Part shown: positions 39,914 through 51,329 of the stretch, one piece after another
Layout: each line of letters opens with the position of its first letter
Position numbering within the stretch: the first letter of the stretch is position 1
Assembly: GCA_040954595.2 (NCBI GenBank)
Contig: CM082585.2
Coordinates: 10,156,564 to 10,220,563 of the forward strand
DNA: 64,000 nt
Source of the DNA: Balanoglossus misakiensis
Lineage: Eukaryota > Animalia > Hemichordata
Direction of reading: 5' to 3'
Translations under genes and position numbers: made by a program
Notes under the pieces: model-generated
The model's input: only the letters and a program-made list of their open reading frames with translations
Database searches by the model: none
Told to the model about the DNA's origin: nothing

Positions 39914-41630
39914 TGTCATTCGTTAGAAAAGTTTGCTTTATGTAAAGACTCTCTGCATACAAAAAAGTCCTAACAGGTGGTCATTTTACACAAATACACC
40001 TCATGCCACAGGAAAAGTCTAACGATCAAAAGTAAAATTACATACCTACTGTAATAAAGATGGTCTGATATGAATGATCTTTCCACTAAGAACGGTTCTG
40101 ATTGGCAGAGAGAACTCTTCAGGCGTGTAAAGGAACATTGTCAGGCAATGGTGTTGTCCAGGCAGGCGTTTGCTAATTTGCTGGCAGACAGTAAAGTGAC
40201 TGAATGTGGCAATTTGCTGTTGAATAAAAACGAAGCAAAAAGGACAGTCTATGTGTTTTATTTGGCTAAAGCTTGATTAATAGTTTCGATGTTTCAGAGC
40301 GCACTGTGCTCCCAGTTTAGAAATATGATCAACAGGTGGTCAATTTTTCTTCAGTTGCACAGACTACGTCAATTAAGAAAATTTATAAATTGTTAATTGC
40401 CTGTTTGGTTGAATGATCAGATACAGGTACAGCTGAATTTTAAACAGTGACCATATTTTGAAACGCAGCCTTTCAATGATATAAAAGCCATTTTAATGTA
40501 AACGTGTACCTGTGTACTTAAGCCATGAGCTCTCAACGATTTTCAATGTCATAACCTTGATGTGTCAAACATTGTATTAAGCACTTTCAACCACCAGTTA
40601 ACCTTCAGTCACATAGAAAACATTTACCCCATAGAAAACAGTTTTCATTCAAAAGAGAAACATTGGCATATGTGGTGTGATATCTGAATATGTATAACAA
40701 TATACGACGGTCATTTTTATTAAACTTGTGACAAAGCGCAAACTAGCCATATCGCCAATATATTAGATTCAAGGCCCCCTACTGACGGACGAGGCTATAT
40801 ACATGTCATATCAAGATGCAATTTCGAGCCGGGGTCTCACTGTTCTTCAGAAGCGGGTCACCTTCGGCATTGCCCCGTTTTCCTGCACTCGTGTGAATTC
40901 CGACAAAGTCTGAGATTAGGAAGGAGGTCAATATTCGAAAGGTTTGGTTCAGAAGCCAGCAGATACCCCTTCATATTGTTAATGTATTCGATAGAAACGC
41001 GGCCACATATCGGTAATGTGTAATTTGTTACTGACGTGTGGAAGATCCAGGCGAGCTACTCTCTCTGAGTTGATGTTGAAGAACTAAACTTAATATTTGC
41101 ATAGTTCCCAAATGAATAAAGCCAGTTGAGATGGGTTGATCTTTGTCCTTTACTTTTGTAGACATGCGAAAACCGGCCCAGCTACGAATTCAAGAGACAA
41201 ATGTAAGAAGAACACAAATTATTTCTTATACACTACTGGTGAACACATTGAAAGATAAATAGGATGAGAACGTTTCCATGTGTTGCTTTGATAACTGATA
41301 AGGAATGGCGACTCGCGAATCGATTGCTAAATACAACATATTTCTAGCAAATTTTAATAAACCTGAAATGCTGAATGAATTGAGAAAAAACTCGATAAAG
41401 ATTAAAAATAAAAAACGGTTAAAAATAATGCGACGAAACTGGACAGGTCAAATATTGAAATAAAAATTTGCTGTGTGTAACAACCGTTTGCAAATAACGT
41501 TTATCTCGTAATAAACAAATATTAAAGTACACGTAAGTATTGTTTAAAAGTACGGACGTCCTGAAAACTGCCGCATGATCAAGGCCTATCGTTTTGCGCA
41601 CGTTACTTAAAAAGCAATATTTGGAGTGTA

Positions 41631-41640
41631 TATATATAAA
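41631..41640 (+). promoter_or_regulatory. Candidate TATA box of the secreted peptidase-like gene
   Basis: TATATATAAA about 80 nt upstream of ATG 41718; AATAAA at 44369-44374 closes the unit. Confidence 0.5.
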
Positions 41641-41717
41641 TGGTTTTGGTGGATATCGCTTCATTGGTGTTCACGGATTGGTATTCAGTCTATTACCTGC
41701 TGTTGTTCAAGTCGAAA

Positions 41718-42943
41718 ATGAGGACGTTCGTTTTTCTTGCGCTTGTTGGGATGGCTCTAGGTATGTAAGGGTTGGAATATAGTGAGGAGTGTAAAAATAA
41801 CGTGTAAAGTTGTGAGTGTGACTACATTGGGGGAGGGGTACAAGCATAAAAGTAAACCTGCTTTTTGTACAATATGTTTTCTATAAATGGGATGTACCAT
41901 TCTCCGTACAATATTCCAAAACAGGGCGACTTTCCCAATGAATCCACCGCCCCGGCCGAAGAAACTGACCAGTCCTTTATCATCTAAAACGTTGTCCTGT
42001 AAAAGCCCATCACAGAGAGCACGTCTCTGAAACTGTCGACCTTATATATATGTTGTACATAGCATGCTTTCTGCCTTCTTCAACGTTCAACGCGTTGAAA
42101 ACAGTAACACTGTCTATTTGTATGATCCGCGGCTGCAGGCATGATAGAGCCTTACCAGGAGCAACCGTGCTCTGGAAATGGTGGTATTTGCGTCGACACA
42201 ACCAACTCGTGTTGCCCCAACAATAATTACAAGAGTGGCGAATGCCCCACCCAAACAGCGGGAGTGAAGTGTTGCTATAGCAATCCGTCGTGTGGTAAGT
42301 TACAAAAAAAAAACACAAACGCCCACCAAGCCAATAAGTCAGTTAAACTTTGTAGGCTAACGGGCGGCAATTCATAGAAGCAGATCTTTTATTCCAAGTA
42401 TTTGGTTATGTTACTCTCAAAGCTTTATTATTCTGTAGTTATTGGAAAAAAAACACGTTTACTTCTCTTCTCTCTCTCCCTCCCTCTCTCTCTAACTCTC
42501 TCACTCTCTCTCCCTCCCCCCTCTCTCTAACCCTCTCTCTCTCTCCCCTCTCTCTCTCTCTCTCCCTCTCTCTCTCAAACTCGCTCACACAAACTCTCGT
42601 TCAAGCTTACAATGAATCACCCTGTCAGGAGAAGGGTGGAGTCTGTGAGAAAGAAACATGCTGCACTGGCCAAAACTACAATAATGGGGAATGTCCAACA
42701 CAGGCCGCTGATATCAAGTGTTGCTACAGTTCCATTGACTGTGAGTATGACTCAGTCAATTTAAAGTTAGTCTATGTCTATTCGGATACCACTTCGCAAA
42801 TGGAAATACGTGTAGTAATTTATGTAAAATTGGTTACAACTACAAATTCATGCGATTCGTGACAACGAATGGATAGCTATATATATATAATTATTTATCT
42901 CTCTCTCACTCACTCACTCACTCACTCACTCTCTCTCTCTCTC

Positions 42944-42991
<48 letters not shown>

Positions 42992-44259
42992 GTGGCACTG
43001 GCTGCGGAGCTGCAGTACAAAACCTGGCATGCTCGATCCTGAACCACGACTCAGTTACTCTGCTCACAGTCAATCCCTCTGGTGTCGATGATGGCGCCGA
43101 TTCTCACCAAAACATACTTGACACTTGTAACGGTGGGCAGGCGAAGAGGTCAAGGTGAGAGCTGGTTACTTTTCCTCCTGGGTCTATCATATTGTCATCA
43201 CGGTTTTTTTGTTTCAAACAACAGTCATGTAATGTTATTACTCGTCAATAGATGTATACCTGCATTTTACTTTACTTTTCCTCCTGGGTCTATCATATTG
43301 TCATCACGGTTTTTTTGTTTCAAACAACAGTCATGTAATGTTATTACTCGTCAATAGATGTATACCTGCATTTTACTTTACTTGTGTCAAAATGTAGGTT
43401 CATTATGTGCATTCGGTCCATTTCCCTCACCTATTCGTGGTTCAAGCGGTTTTCCTTCGAATTAATTGCATTAATTTTCAGCTACTGCTGTTCGTCTGGA
43501 TGCGCACCGGGAGGGTATGTCTGTCTCAAAGAAAGTGTTTTGCAATATATTCTGGACGTCCTCAATAGCAACAGTGCAACACCAAGCAACAAAGCTCAGG
43601 TGAGGTTTGTTTTGCAAACAATGATACATAAAACATGTCGTCTTATTTATGCCTATGTCCGTTGCTGACACTGTGTTTAGAGAACACGTGGGAAATATTA
43701 CATTTGTACCAGATGCTACTGACACACGATAGACACATTTATCGGCACAGAAAATGTAGGTCACCTAGCAAGATATAGGCCTAATTAATTGAAGCTCTGA
43801 CGTGACATTGCCTACCATAAGTGTACGTGTGTAGCCTGCCCTCAAAGTCTCTCATCATCATCATCATCACCATCACATTTTACATGTTATAAAATACAGT
43901 TTGGGAGGACACTGTAAAGTATTACATGTAAAGTACTCTGGCGAAGTGAGTAGTGTCTGCAAATCTGCACTGCAGGCATACGACTCTTTACGAGATGTTT
44001 ACGAAACCTTTCTCGATCACGGTTGGTTTCTCACTGCATGTATGTAATGCTGTTATTTGCACAGGTCAACTCCATCGCTGGTGCGTGTCATTCCAGCAAC
44101 TCCTGGCATTACCAAGGAACGGCTGTCGACTTCCAGGTGGACGGTAACAGCGACTACAACACCTGGATGAGCATGTGCGAAGTAAGCGGTGCGGTGGAAA
44201 ATCTAGGCCCTGGTGACGCTGGCCACGACACCCACACTCATTGCGCTTTCAACGGCTAG
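41718..44259 (+). CDS. Secreted protein, about 269 aa: signal peptide + 2 Cys-rich defensin-like repeats + peptidase M15/Hedgehog-N-like zinc domain
   Basis: 6 exons in phase: 41718-41760, 42139-42294, 42606-42740, 42992-43154, 43482-43599, 44065-44259 (810 nt). Signal MRTFVFLALVGMAL; repeats CSGNGGIC...CC...GECP......KCCY and CQEKGGVC...CC...GECP......KCCY; Zn motifs SWHYQGTAVDF (SxHxxGxAxD) and HDTHTH (HxH). Confidence 0.85.
42463..42576. repeat. (CT)n-rich simple repeat
   Basis: Imperfect CT tract in intron 2 of the secreted gene. Confidence 0.9.
42899..42989. repeat. (CT)n/(CTCA)n microsatellite serving as polypyrimidine tract
   Basis: CT run ends directly in the CAG acceptor of exon 4 (42992). 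Confidence 0.9.
43166..43383. repeat. Recent tandem duplication, 2 x 106 bp
   Basis: ttacttttcctcctgggtctatcatattgtcatcacgg...tatacctgcattttact repeated with a 106-bp offset, essentially identical, inside an intron. Confidence 0.92.
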
Positions 44260-45449
44260 GCGTGGGGCCGGTCGGGGAGGATCGAAGAACTTTCGAACAG
44301 TTCTGAAAATACCGTATTCTTATTTCTGTAAAGTAGCATGGCATCATGGTGTATTTGAGATTATAATTAATAAAATTATTGCAATAGTAAGCAATGCTGA
44401 CTCTGACGGATAATTTCGGACTAACCACTATAGAGGGCGTGCGGGCCGGGGTCAAACCAGGTCAAAAGTATCAGGTCATGTATGTCCCATATATCAACAA
44501 TGTTTGCCTTATCGCCCAGCTATCAGTTTGTCTGAGAGAGTGAAGGGTGTGTTTATGGTTGATTATTTATGAAAGTGACGAAAGCAGTATCGCGTGACAC
44601 CGTCTGCAACGTGCGGAACAGCGCAGCCACTGTGAATTGCGATTTTCCCTGCCTTCCCATCCCGGAAATGTAACGCTGTCGAGTTGAGGCCGGATTTTGG
44701 TGATGATGTAAATATTTTTTCCTGTTTGGTTGCACTCTTCACTAAGTTTCTGGACAATCGAGGCCATTTAAAAGCTAGCTGGTAAGTACATGTATAGTGA
44801 ACACTTTTCTCAATCATATCAGTCATCCCAGTTCATCTCTTGTTACCTCCATGATTGGACAAGTCGATATAGCATGTATGAACGCGATATGTTCTGCTTG
44901 GAGTGTGTGATCACGTACACCCCTATGATCCCCTAGTCCCGCCAAGCACTATATAGCCTAAACTCTGTTGCGTAGTCCAGGCAAGTACAATGTATTCGAA
45001 ATGTAGCATTGTAGGAAATCAAGAGACGGGAAAGAAGTGAAACTAAATCTTCATTAACACACAAAAACATACTCAGCAAAAGCGGGCTAGTCAGTGTTGT
45101 AGTAGTTGTGAGTTACAACACTGGCAAATCAACTCTTGGACTTAAAGTTTTCTCAACTTGTGTGAAATATACATGGTTTCAACTATTGTTCCATTGGTGG
45201 AACTTTTTTTCTGTCCAAGATCTTGTCTAAAGTTTCATTCATATGAATTACCCACTGGGATACTTGAAATGTGAGTCTATCCATGTCCTTGAAGAAAAGA
45301 GGAACTATGCCAGATGAAAAGTATTCATTAAAAATATTGCGCGTGACAGTCACACCAAACAATACTCAGTAATTCGCTATGCAAATATGACAGTACAAAA
45401 TCCATTAAAGCTAAAGCTTTCATTTGATCATCGCAGGATGAATAGAATC

Positions 45450-45534
45450 TAGTCTAGAACCTAGCCTCTTGTGTGTTTCTTTAGCATTTGCTCAAATCCA
45501 GGGAAAAATCCCACAGAGGCTGGGTTCCAGACTA
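45450..45534. mobile_element. MITE with 20-bp terminal inverted repeats (TAG...CTA) and 9-bp target-site duplication
   Basis: TAGTCTAGAACCTAGCCTCT ... AGAGGCTGGGTTCCAGACTA (2 mismatches); AATAGAATC on both flanks. Confidence 0.8.
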
Positions 45535-46120
45535 AATAGAATCTTATACCCCTAAGAATCTAGGATGAAATTTGATTCTGGTGGTCTTCTATGCTCATGT
45601 GAATATACTTCTAAAGTTGTAGTTGCACTGATTCTCTTTGGAACATTTTCTGAGCTCTCTTTAAAACTGGAATGGCTTTGGGTGAAAATGCTACCCTGTA
45701 AAAGGCTGTCTGAATGTCGAGGTCAGGCTGATACTATATGTAGTGTAGAAAACAATCATTATAATATGAGAACATAAATAACTGCCTAGATTCAGTGGGA
45801 AAACGATATACACTAAACTATAGATGTACAGCATACTTGCAAGTGCAAGGGAGCAAAGTTCAACATGTCAACCGCTGCTTGCTGAGTTTCCTGTGTCATG
45901 TGTGGTCAGGGAGAAATTTATTACTTCAGTGTAGGAATAATAATTTACAAGTCCTGCCACGTGGCTGTCTTACACTGTCATAGACAGTGAATGAGTTTGA
46001 GGATTTCTTGTAATTTCTCTGAGTCAGCTTTATACATTTGATAATTTTTGTATTAGTGTTTAAAGTTTACATATCTTCTTGATCCACAGTTGTCGGTGAG
46101 ACAGCGATCGCTGATCTGGT

Positions 46121-48064
46121 ATGACTGAAAACCTGAATATGGAGAGTGTGAGTGAAACGTTGTTGAAGTGGGATAAACAATGTATAAAGCATCAGCTTGG
46201 GTTACCACTGGCTTCAGTGACTCCAGACTGCGTCGGCCCAGAAGGTTTCATGCTGCGTGCTCTCATGGAGTATTTCTCTCTCTACTTACTGGACCTGGTT
46301 GCGAGATCCGAACCGAGGTTTGAAATCGAGGAAATACGCCCGCATGGGAACTACTACACCAGTGGTAGTGCAGACGTGCCCGATGAACTGAGCTATTTCG
46401 TCGTCTTCAAGAAGCTGAACCCGGAAGGCTGCTTCTTCGAGGACGTTGAGTATGGGAACACCGGTGGATGCAAAATCAGGGTTGGAGAAAAAACAGTGCG
46501 TGAGGAGTGGGCAGACTGTGTGACATCGGAGGGTTTTCTCTCCGGTCAGAAATTGATCAGCATCTTTGCATCGCATGTGCGGAAGCTTGTTGGCGTGCTG
46601 AACCCAGACATGTATCCTGGTGACGTCGCAGAACTGCTGGCAAGGGAGGAATGGCCATATATAACCCAGTGCAACGAGTATCTTCAAGGAGTGCAGCTAA
46701 CCGTCGAGTTTCCACTTCTCAGACAGTTGTCCTGGCAGACGGACTCCGTGAGAATTTGTCTGATTCCAAGCGTCAAGTTTCCCAGGTGGCCAAGCTCTGC
46801 GGACTTTCCAGATAGAATTGTCGCATCCCATCCACTGTACATCGCGTCGAAAGAGACAGCCTCGAATGGGTTCTATGTCTTGCCTGCCGGCGTTTCATCA
46901 GCCGACGTATCTGACCACTGCAGCGATTGGCAAGTGTCCACTGTTACCATGGCTACACAACTCCTGAACTCTAGCCCAGTGCCACTTGCTGGTGCCTCGA
47001 TGCACAGAATATTGTCAGGACTGCTAGGCCAATGCGACTTTGACAAGATAATCAGTGAGGGTTTCATCACCCCACAGCTTAAGTCGGCCATCACTGAGGA
47101 GATGATTGCGACCTCAACCCTGTGGGAAATGGAAGAGGACTCGGGTTCTGTCGACTGGTCTCCTTCGAAAACTGCCGACAGGGTAATGGGTGTACTTTCA
47201 AGGCTTCAAAGTGCCTTTCAGGGAAAACCAATGAGGGACTATTTTTTCCCTGGCCGGAATTTTCCAGAGTTCATGAACAGTTTGCTGGCAGACGAGATTG
47301 CCAGGGCACTGGATTACGTCAAGGCCGGCGTGACGGAGAAGATCAATTTAGATTTTGGTCATTCTGCACAGATAGAGAAACAGCGGAAGTTATCGGAATC
47401 TGTTCAGCAGAACGAACAGCTGTTGAGATTCATGGAAAGGCCATCTGTGAGAAAGTTCCCACAAGGGGTACATGAGGCATGGCGACTGTTCGCTGAAACT
47501 GATCTTCTGTCTCACATGGTGTACGAGCGAGAGCCAAGGATCAGTGTGCTTGAGTTTGCCCTGCGATTTACGGGGAAAGACAAACCATTCCAGGCGGTGG
47601 TGATGTGCGAGTTTTTCCGGCAGTGGCTGACCGGAGACGCCGAGCCTGCACGGTCAGTGCAGAGGGCGCTGCAGCACACCAGGCAAGCTGTGGCCAGCAA
47701 CAATGCCATGGATATGTTCCATGATATGGATCCGTACATGGGCGATGCGCTGTGGATCGCGGCCCAGTCGTCGGCGCTTCAACACGTCTTCCTCGCCAAT
47801 ACGACCGTTCAGCAGCAGCCCCTCCCTGGCAGTCATGTGACCCAACCAGACGGCTGGGGAAGCAGTGGTGGACGTGGGGTATACGACGACGCACCAGTGC
47901 ATGATGGGTTTTCAAATGGAGGCGGTTCGATTGACGATGGTGGCGTGGCCGGGGACGGTGATACAAGTTGCTGCGATGGTGATTGCGACTGCTGTGGTGA
48001 TGACAATGCTTGTGATTGTGGAGACTGCAACTGTGACTGCGACTGTGATTGTGTCATCATGTGA
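46121..48064 (+). CDS. Mab-21/cGAS-like receptor (cGLR) family protein, degenerate active site, Cys/Asp tail and C-terminal CaaX (CVIM), 647 aa
   Basis: Single coding exon (acceptor ...ccacag at 46089; candidate upstream donor at 44781). Mab-21 landmarks: EPRF...GNYY...VPDELSYFVVF, GFLSGQKLISIF, ICLIPSVKFPRWP, YVLP...WQVS, TLWEME...DWS...RVMGVLSRL...DYFFPGRNF. Confidence 0.85.
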   Translation: MTENLNMESVSETLLKWDKQCIKHQLGLPLASVTPDCVGPEGFMLRALMEYFSLYLLDLVARSEPRFEIEEIRPHGNYYTSGSADVPDELSYFVVFKKLNPEGCFFEDVEYGNTGGCKIRVGEKTVREEWADCVTSEGFLSGQKLISIFASHVRKLVGVLNPDMYPGDVAELLAREEWPYITQCNEYLQGVQLTVEFPLLRQLSWQTDSVRICLIPSVKFPRWPSSADFPDRIVASHPLYIASKETASNGFYVLPAGVSSADVSDHCSDWQVSTVTMATQLLNSSPVPLAGASMHRILSGLLGQCDFDKIISEGFITPQLKSAITEEMIATSTLWEMEEDSGSVDWSPSKTADRVMGVLSRLQSAFQGKPMRDYFFPGRNFPEFMNSLLADEIARALDYVKAGVTEKINLDFGHSAQIEKQRKLSESVQQNEQLLRFMERPSVRKFPQGVHEAWRLFAETDLLSHMVYEREPRISVLEFALRFTGKDKPFQAVVMCEFFRQWLTGDAEPARSVQRALQHTRQAVASNNAMDMFHDMDPYMGDALWIAAQSSALQHVFLANTTVQQQPLPGSHVTQPDGWGSSGGRGVYDDAPVHDGFSNGGGSIDDGGVAGDGDTSCCDGDCDCCGDDNACDCGDCNCDCDCDCVIM

Positions 48065-48328
48065 CATATACATTGTAAAGAAATGAGCATCCCATTTCTC
48101 CTGTTGTATAAAAGTATGCATGATATAGGATACATTTTAGTGCATATATCCAAAGTATGCATGGCCATGACATCGTTGTAAACCTTCAGATAGTATTCAT
48201 GCTAGTGTAATTTGTACAAAGCTAATATGATAAATTTACCATTTGATATTCACTCACAAATAGTATACAGGTTTATAGGAAGCTGTAGATTCATTATACC
48301 CACACCCACATGAAACAACCACCTCCCT

Positions 48329-48403
48329 TTAACCCTTTCACCCCCAGTTCCCCCTTTAGAGGTCCAACCTTTAGAAAACTTACCATGGTAGTGAAAGGGT
48401 TAA
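48329..48403. mobile_element. Short piggyBac-type MITE with TTAA target-site duplication
   Basis: TTAA-CCCTTTCAC ... GTGAAAGGG-TTAA; CCC/GGG termini and TTAA duplication are piggyBac hallmarks. Confidence 0.75.
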
Positions 48404-50126
48404 GATTTGTACACGTGACTGTCACTGCCTTGATTAGTTGCAATATTTACACTGTTTCAAATAAGATCTTTGAAATATTTACCATCTGAATTATATTTTA
48501 GAACGAAAATTTGGAAGCTAGATTTTAAAAAATGTTATTACTTTCTGATTTATCATGTACTTTTTAAAGAGCTGAATGAAAATTCGGAAAACTGAGAGAT
48601 AAGTCAGTGTATGTAAATATTTCATGAAACATAATTTTTGTAAGATTATCATCCCCAATACACAGTGATATTCAAACATTTTCATTGTGTGTGTGTGTGT
48701 TTCTTTGTGTTTGTTTGTTTGTGTGTGTGTGTGTCTCCCTCTCTCTCTTTCTCTCTCTTTATTTAATTTGTCGGTGGTTCAGTACAGAAAAGAGCAGAAG
48801 CAATGACTTGATAACTTTGTCGTCTTCGTTTGCATTGTAAAACAAGTGAGTCGGCAATGTGTGGCTGTAGAGGGCGTCCTTAGATCAAGTTATCCCCCAT
48901 GATCCTCTGCGCGAGGTCACGGGGTCAGAAGACCGTAGCAGACGTCTTCGTAAACAATGTCGAGCAAAAAACACTGAGACCGTAATGAAAACGAACTTTT
49001 GAGGTGAGTGTTTACATCCGTCTTGTGCCCGTGCCATTCCAAGTATCTTGAGCTGCATCTGGGAATAATGTCAATGTAATTTGGGCGACTTTCATAACTT
49101 TTCTGTCGATACTTCCCGCACAATATACCGTGGCGACCACGTGTGTATATTATCTATATAACGTCCTCAGATTTGACGAACATCGAAGTTTCGTTTTCAG
49201 GACAGTGCTGTAGCAGGGATGATGCAAACCGAGAGGTCGTTGATTGACCAAGCAACGCAGAAATATACAAATATGACATCAAAACAGACCCGGCCCGGCC
49301 CACCAAGCATTATCATTCAAGGTAAGCTGGAGACAAGTAGACAAAATAACAAGGGTCATATAGAACCACTATTGAGCGGTACGCTCAGGTAACAGGTGTC
49401 TGAATGGATATTAGCATATACCTAGGATTGGCGTGAGGTCAAACTAATTTTGCCCCGCTGATTTATGCCAGTTGGGACACAGTCGCTTGAGTTTCGACAA
49501 GACTCCGATCCGAAAAAAACTAAAGACAGAACGCATACAACAACCTCAGTTGAACTCGGGCGTTTTGTTGAGGTGTTATGGTCGTTTGAAACGGTCGCAG
49601 TAAATATTTGCGTTTCGCTGAACAAGGCAATCTGTGTCAAAAAATATCTACAATTGGATTAATGCATTGTATAAGGTGACTAACCGAAACCGCTGAGGAT
49701 TTGTATAATAATATTATGAACAGCTTAATCTGAGTTAAAATAATACATTTGTGCGCTTCGGGAACAGAGTTTCTGAAATATGATAGTCCTTTAATCCTTT
49801 GATTTTTCTGCTGTATGAAAGTGTGTTGTGAGTCCTTTTGTCAGAAAATAAAGCGTACGCCAGCGTTTTATTTTTCTCCATAGATTCCGTATACCTGTAA
49901 TTAAGCTGTTTTACTTTTTCTTTCGACATAGAATACTAACTGTTCTCACGCGGCAAAGATATCAGCATTCGTATTACGAAACTGACATAACATGAAAATG
50001 AAGATGTCATACGCGAAAACATGGTTAAAACTTGTAACAACATGTACTACTACACAAATAAGCATTCGATATCTCTTTATTTCGCTAAATATCTAAACAT
50101 ACGTGTTATTCACTCCAGATCTTATT

Positions 50127-51329
50127 TTACTGACACGGATTTCCAATACATTCACTGGCAGCGTCAGAGAGATACCAGTGACCCCACACTTTAGCTCTGT
50201 TTTCTTTTTCCTCGTTGCCTTTGATGAAATTGTTCTGTATCACTATTGGGGTTTCGGGGGTGTCGCGGAGGCTCGATTCGATGTACCACTGTCCACTGAA
50301 AAACCGATCCTCTGGCAACCACTCTGTCTTGACTCCTTCACTGACCATCAGTCTGTTCAGGGGTCGCATGTCGACGTCTTCGGTGGTGTTGTGGTTGTCG
50401 CCGTTGGCCGCGGCTTCTTCGACGACCCCCCGCAATTTGGACCACATCTGTTGCGTCGCTGATGTTGAGTTGAGGTAAATGAAACCGGCCATTGCTCTCC
50501 GGTGTTTGAGCCTTTTGGCGGGTCGGGTGCTGCTGTGTAAGTTCGAGGTGGCAAGAACGTCAGCGTTAGAGAAATTCCCGATAAAGTCCATCGGGTTTTG
50601 CAACCAAACCGCGTCCGCTTCAACCAAGAACACCGGCACGTTATCCCACAAAATCCGATCGACTACCCCGATCCGATAGCCCATGTATTCGTTATAAGTG
50701 TCCTCTTTATACGACATGGGTTTGGAGTCACCAAAAGTATGCAGCACAACATTCAAGTAAGATTTCCATTCTTTCAACGCCCAGTACGCGTCGGCATCAC
50801 TGGTGACGAACAGTGTAGACCCCAGTATGTCCATGCATTCCACGTTACAAACCCAGTTTTTCGTCATTCTTACATAACCAGAATTCAGTATCTGGAGTAT
50901 TACAAACCCTCTGTCCTCTTGCGCACGTGCGACGGCTGATCGAAGACCTGAATTTGCATTTTTCGAGTCGTTAGCTCTCGAGCCATCTTCCCATTTCATT
51001 TCCGTTGTGACATGTGATCCGGTGCTGCCGTCTTGGTTACCTGGCGACGCGTCTTCACGAAGGAGTTTTCCTCCTCTTGTCGTTTGGCGCTTTTCAGCCA
51101 CCGATTCCTTGAGAACCTCGTTTTCTGGCCGCGAACACCCGTGTAACCGTTCCTTATCACCTTCAATACTCTGAGAGTGAATGTTGTGACACCCTCTCTG
51201 TGCTAATTCCCCCTCATCTATATATCCAATGTTCTCAAATGGATGGACACTCCTTGTGCGATACCAGCACAGACTCAGTATAAATCCCAAGGTAACAGCG
51301 AAAAGCATCTTGGAGGCGGTTCTAGCCAT
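50127..51329 (-). CDS. Nucleotide-diphospho-sugar transferase (Nucleotid_trans/GT77-like), type II membrane protein, 400 aa
   Basis: Intronless ORF; N-terminal TM (MLFAVTLGFILSLCWY), stem, then NSGYVRMTKNWVCN, VFLVEADAVWLQNP (DxD-like EAD), AGFIYLNST, PEDRFFSGQWY, QNNFIKGNEEKENRAKVWGHWYL. Confidence 0.85.
   Translation of the reverse strand: MARTASKMLFAVTLGFILSLCWYRTRSVHPFENIGYIDEGELAQRGCHNIHSQSIEGDKERLHGCSRPENEVLKESVAEKRQTTRGGKLLREDASPGNQDGSTGSHVTTEMKWEDGSRANDSKNANSGLRSAVARAQEDRGFVILQILNSGYVRMTKNWVCNVECMDILGSTLFVTSDADAYWALKEWKSYLNVVLHTFGDSKPMSYKEDTYNEYMGYRIGVVDRILWDNVPVFLVEADAVWLQNPMDFIGNFSNADVLATSNLHSSTRPAKRLKHRRAMAGFIYLNSTSATQQMWSKLRGVVEEAAANGDNHNTTEDVDMRPLNRLMVSEGVKTEWLPEDRFFSGQWYIESSLRDTPETPIVIQNNFIKGNEEKENRAKVWGHWYLSDAASECIGNPCQ

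Noticed and set aside
39707-39919. Cys/Leu-rich minus-strand ORFs (CCCCDCGCCDW...) resembling metallothionein
   Set aside because: Reverse complement of the CAG/CAA-rich Gln tract of the + strand gene.
44426-44442. CTCF-like motif ccactatagagggcgt (similar at about 48864) bracketing the cGLR gene
   Set aside because: Imperfect spacing versus consensus; cannot be supported without PWM scoring or ChIP data.
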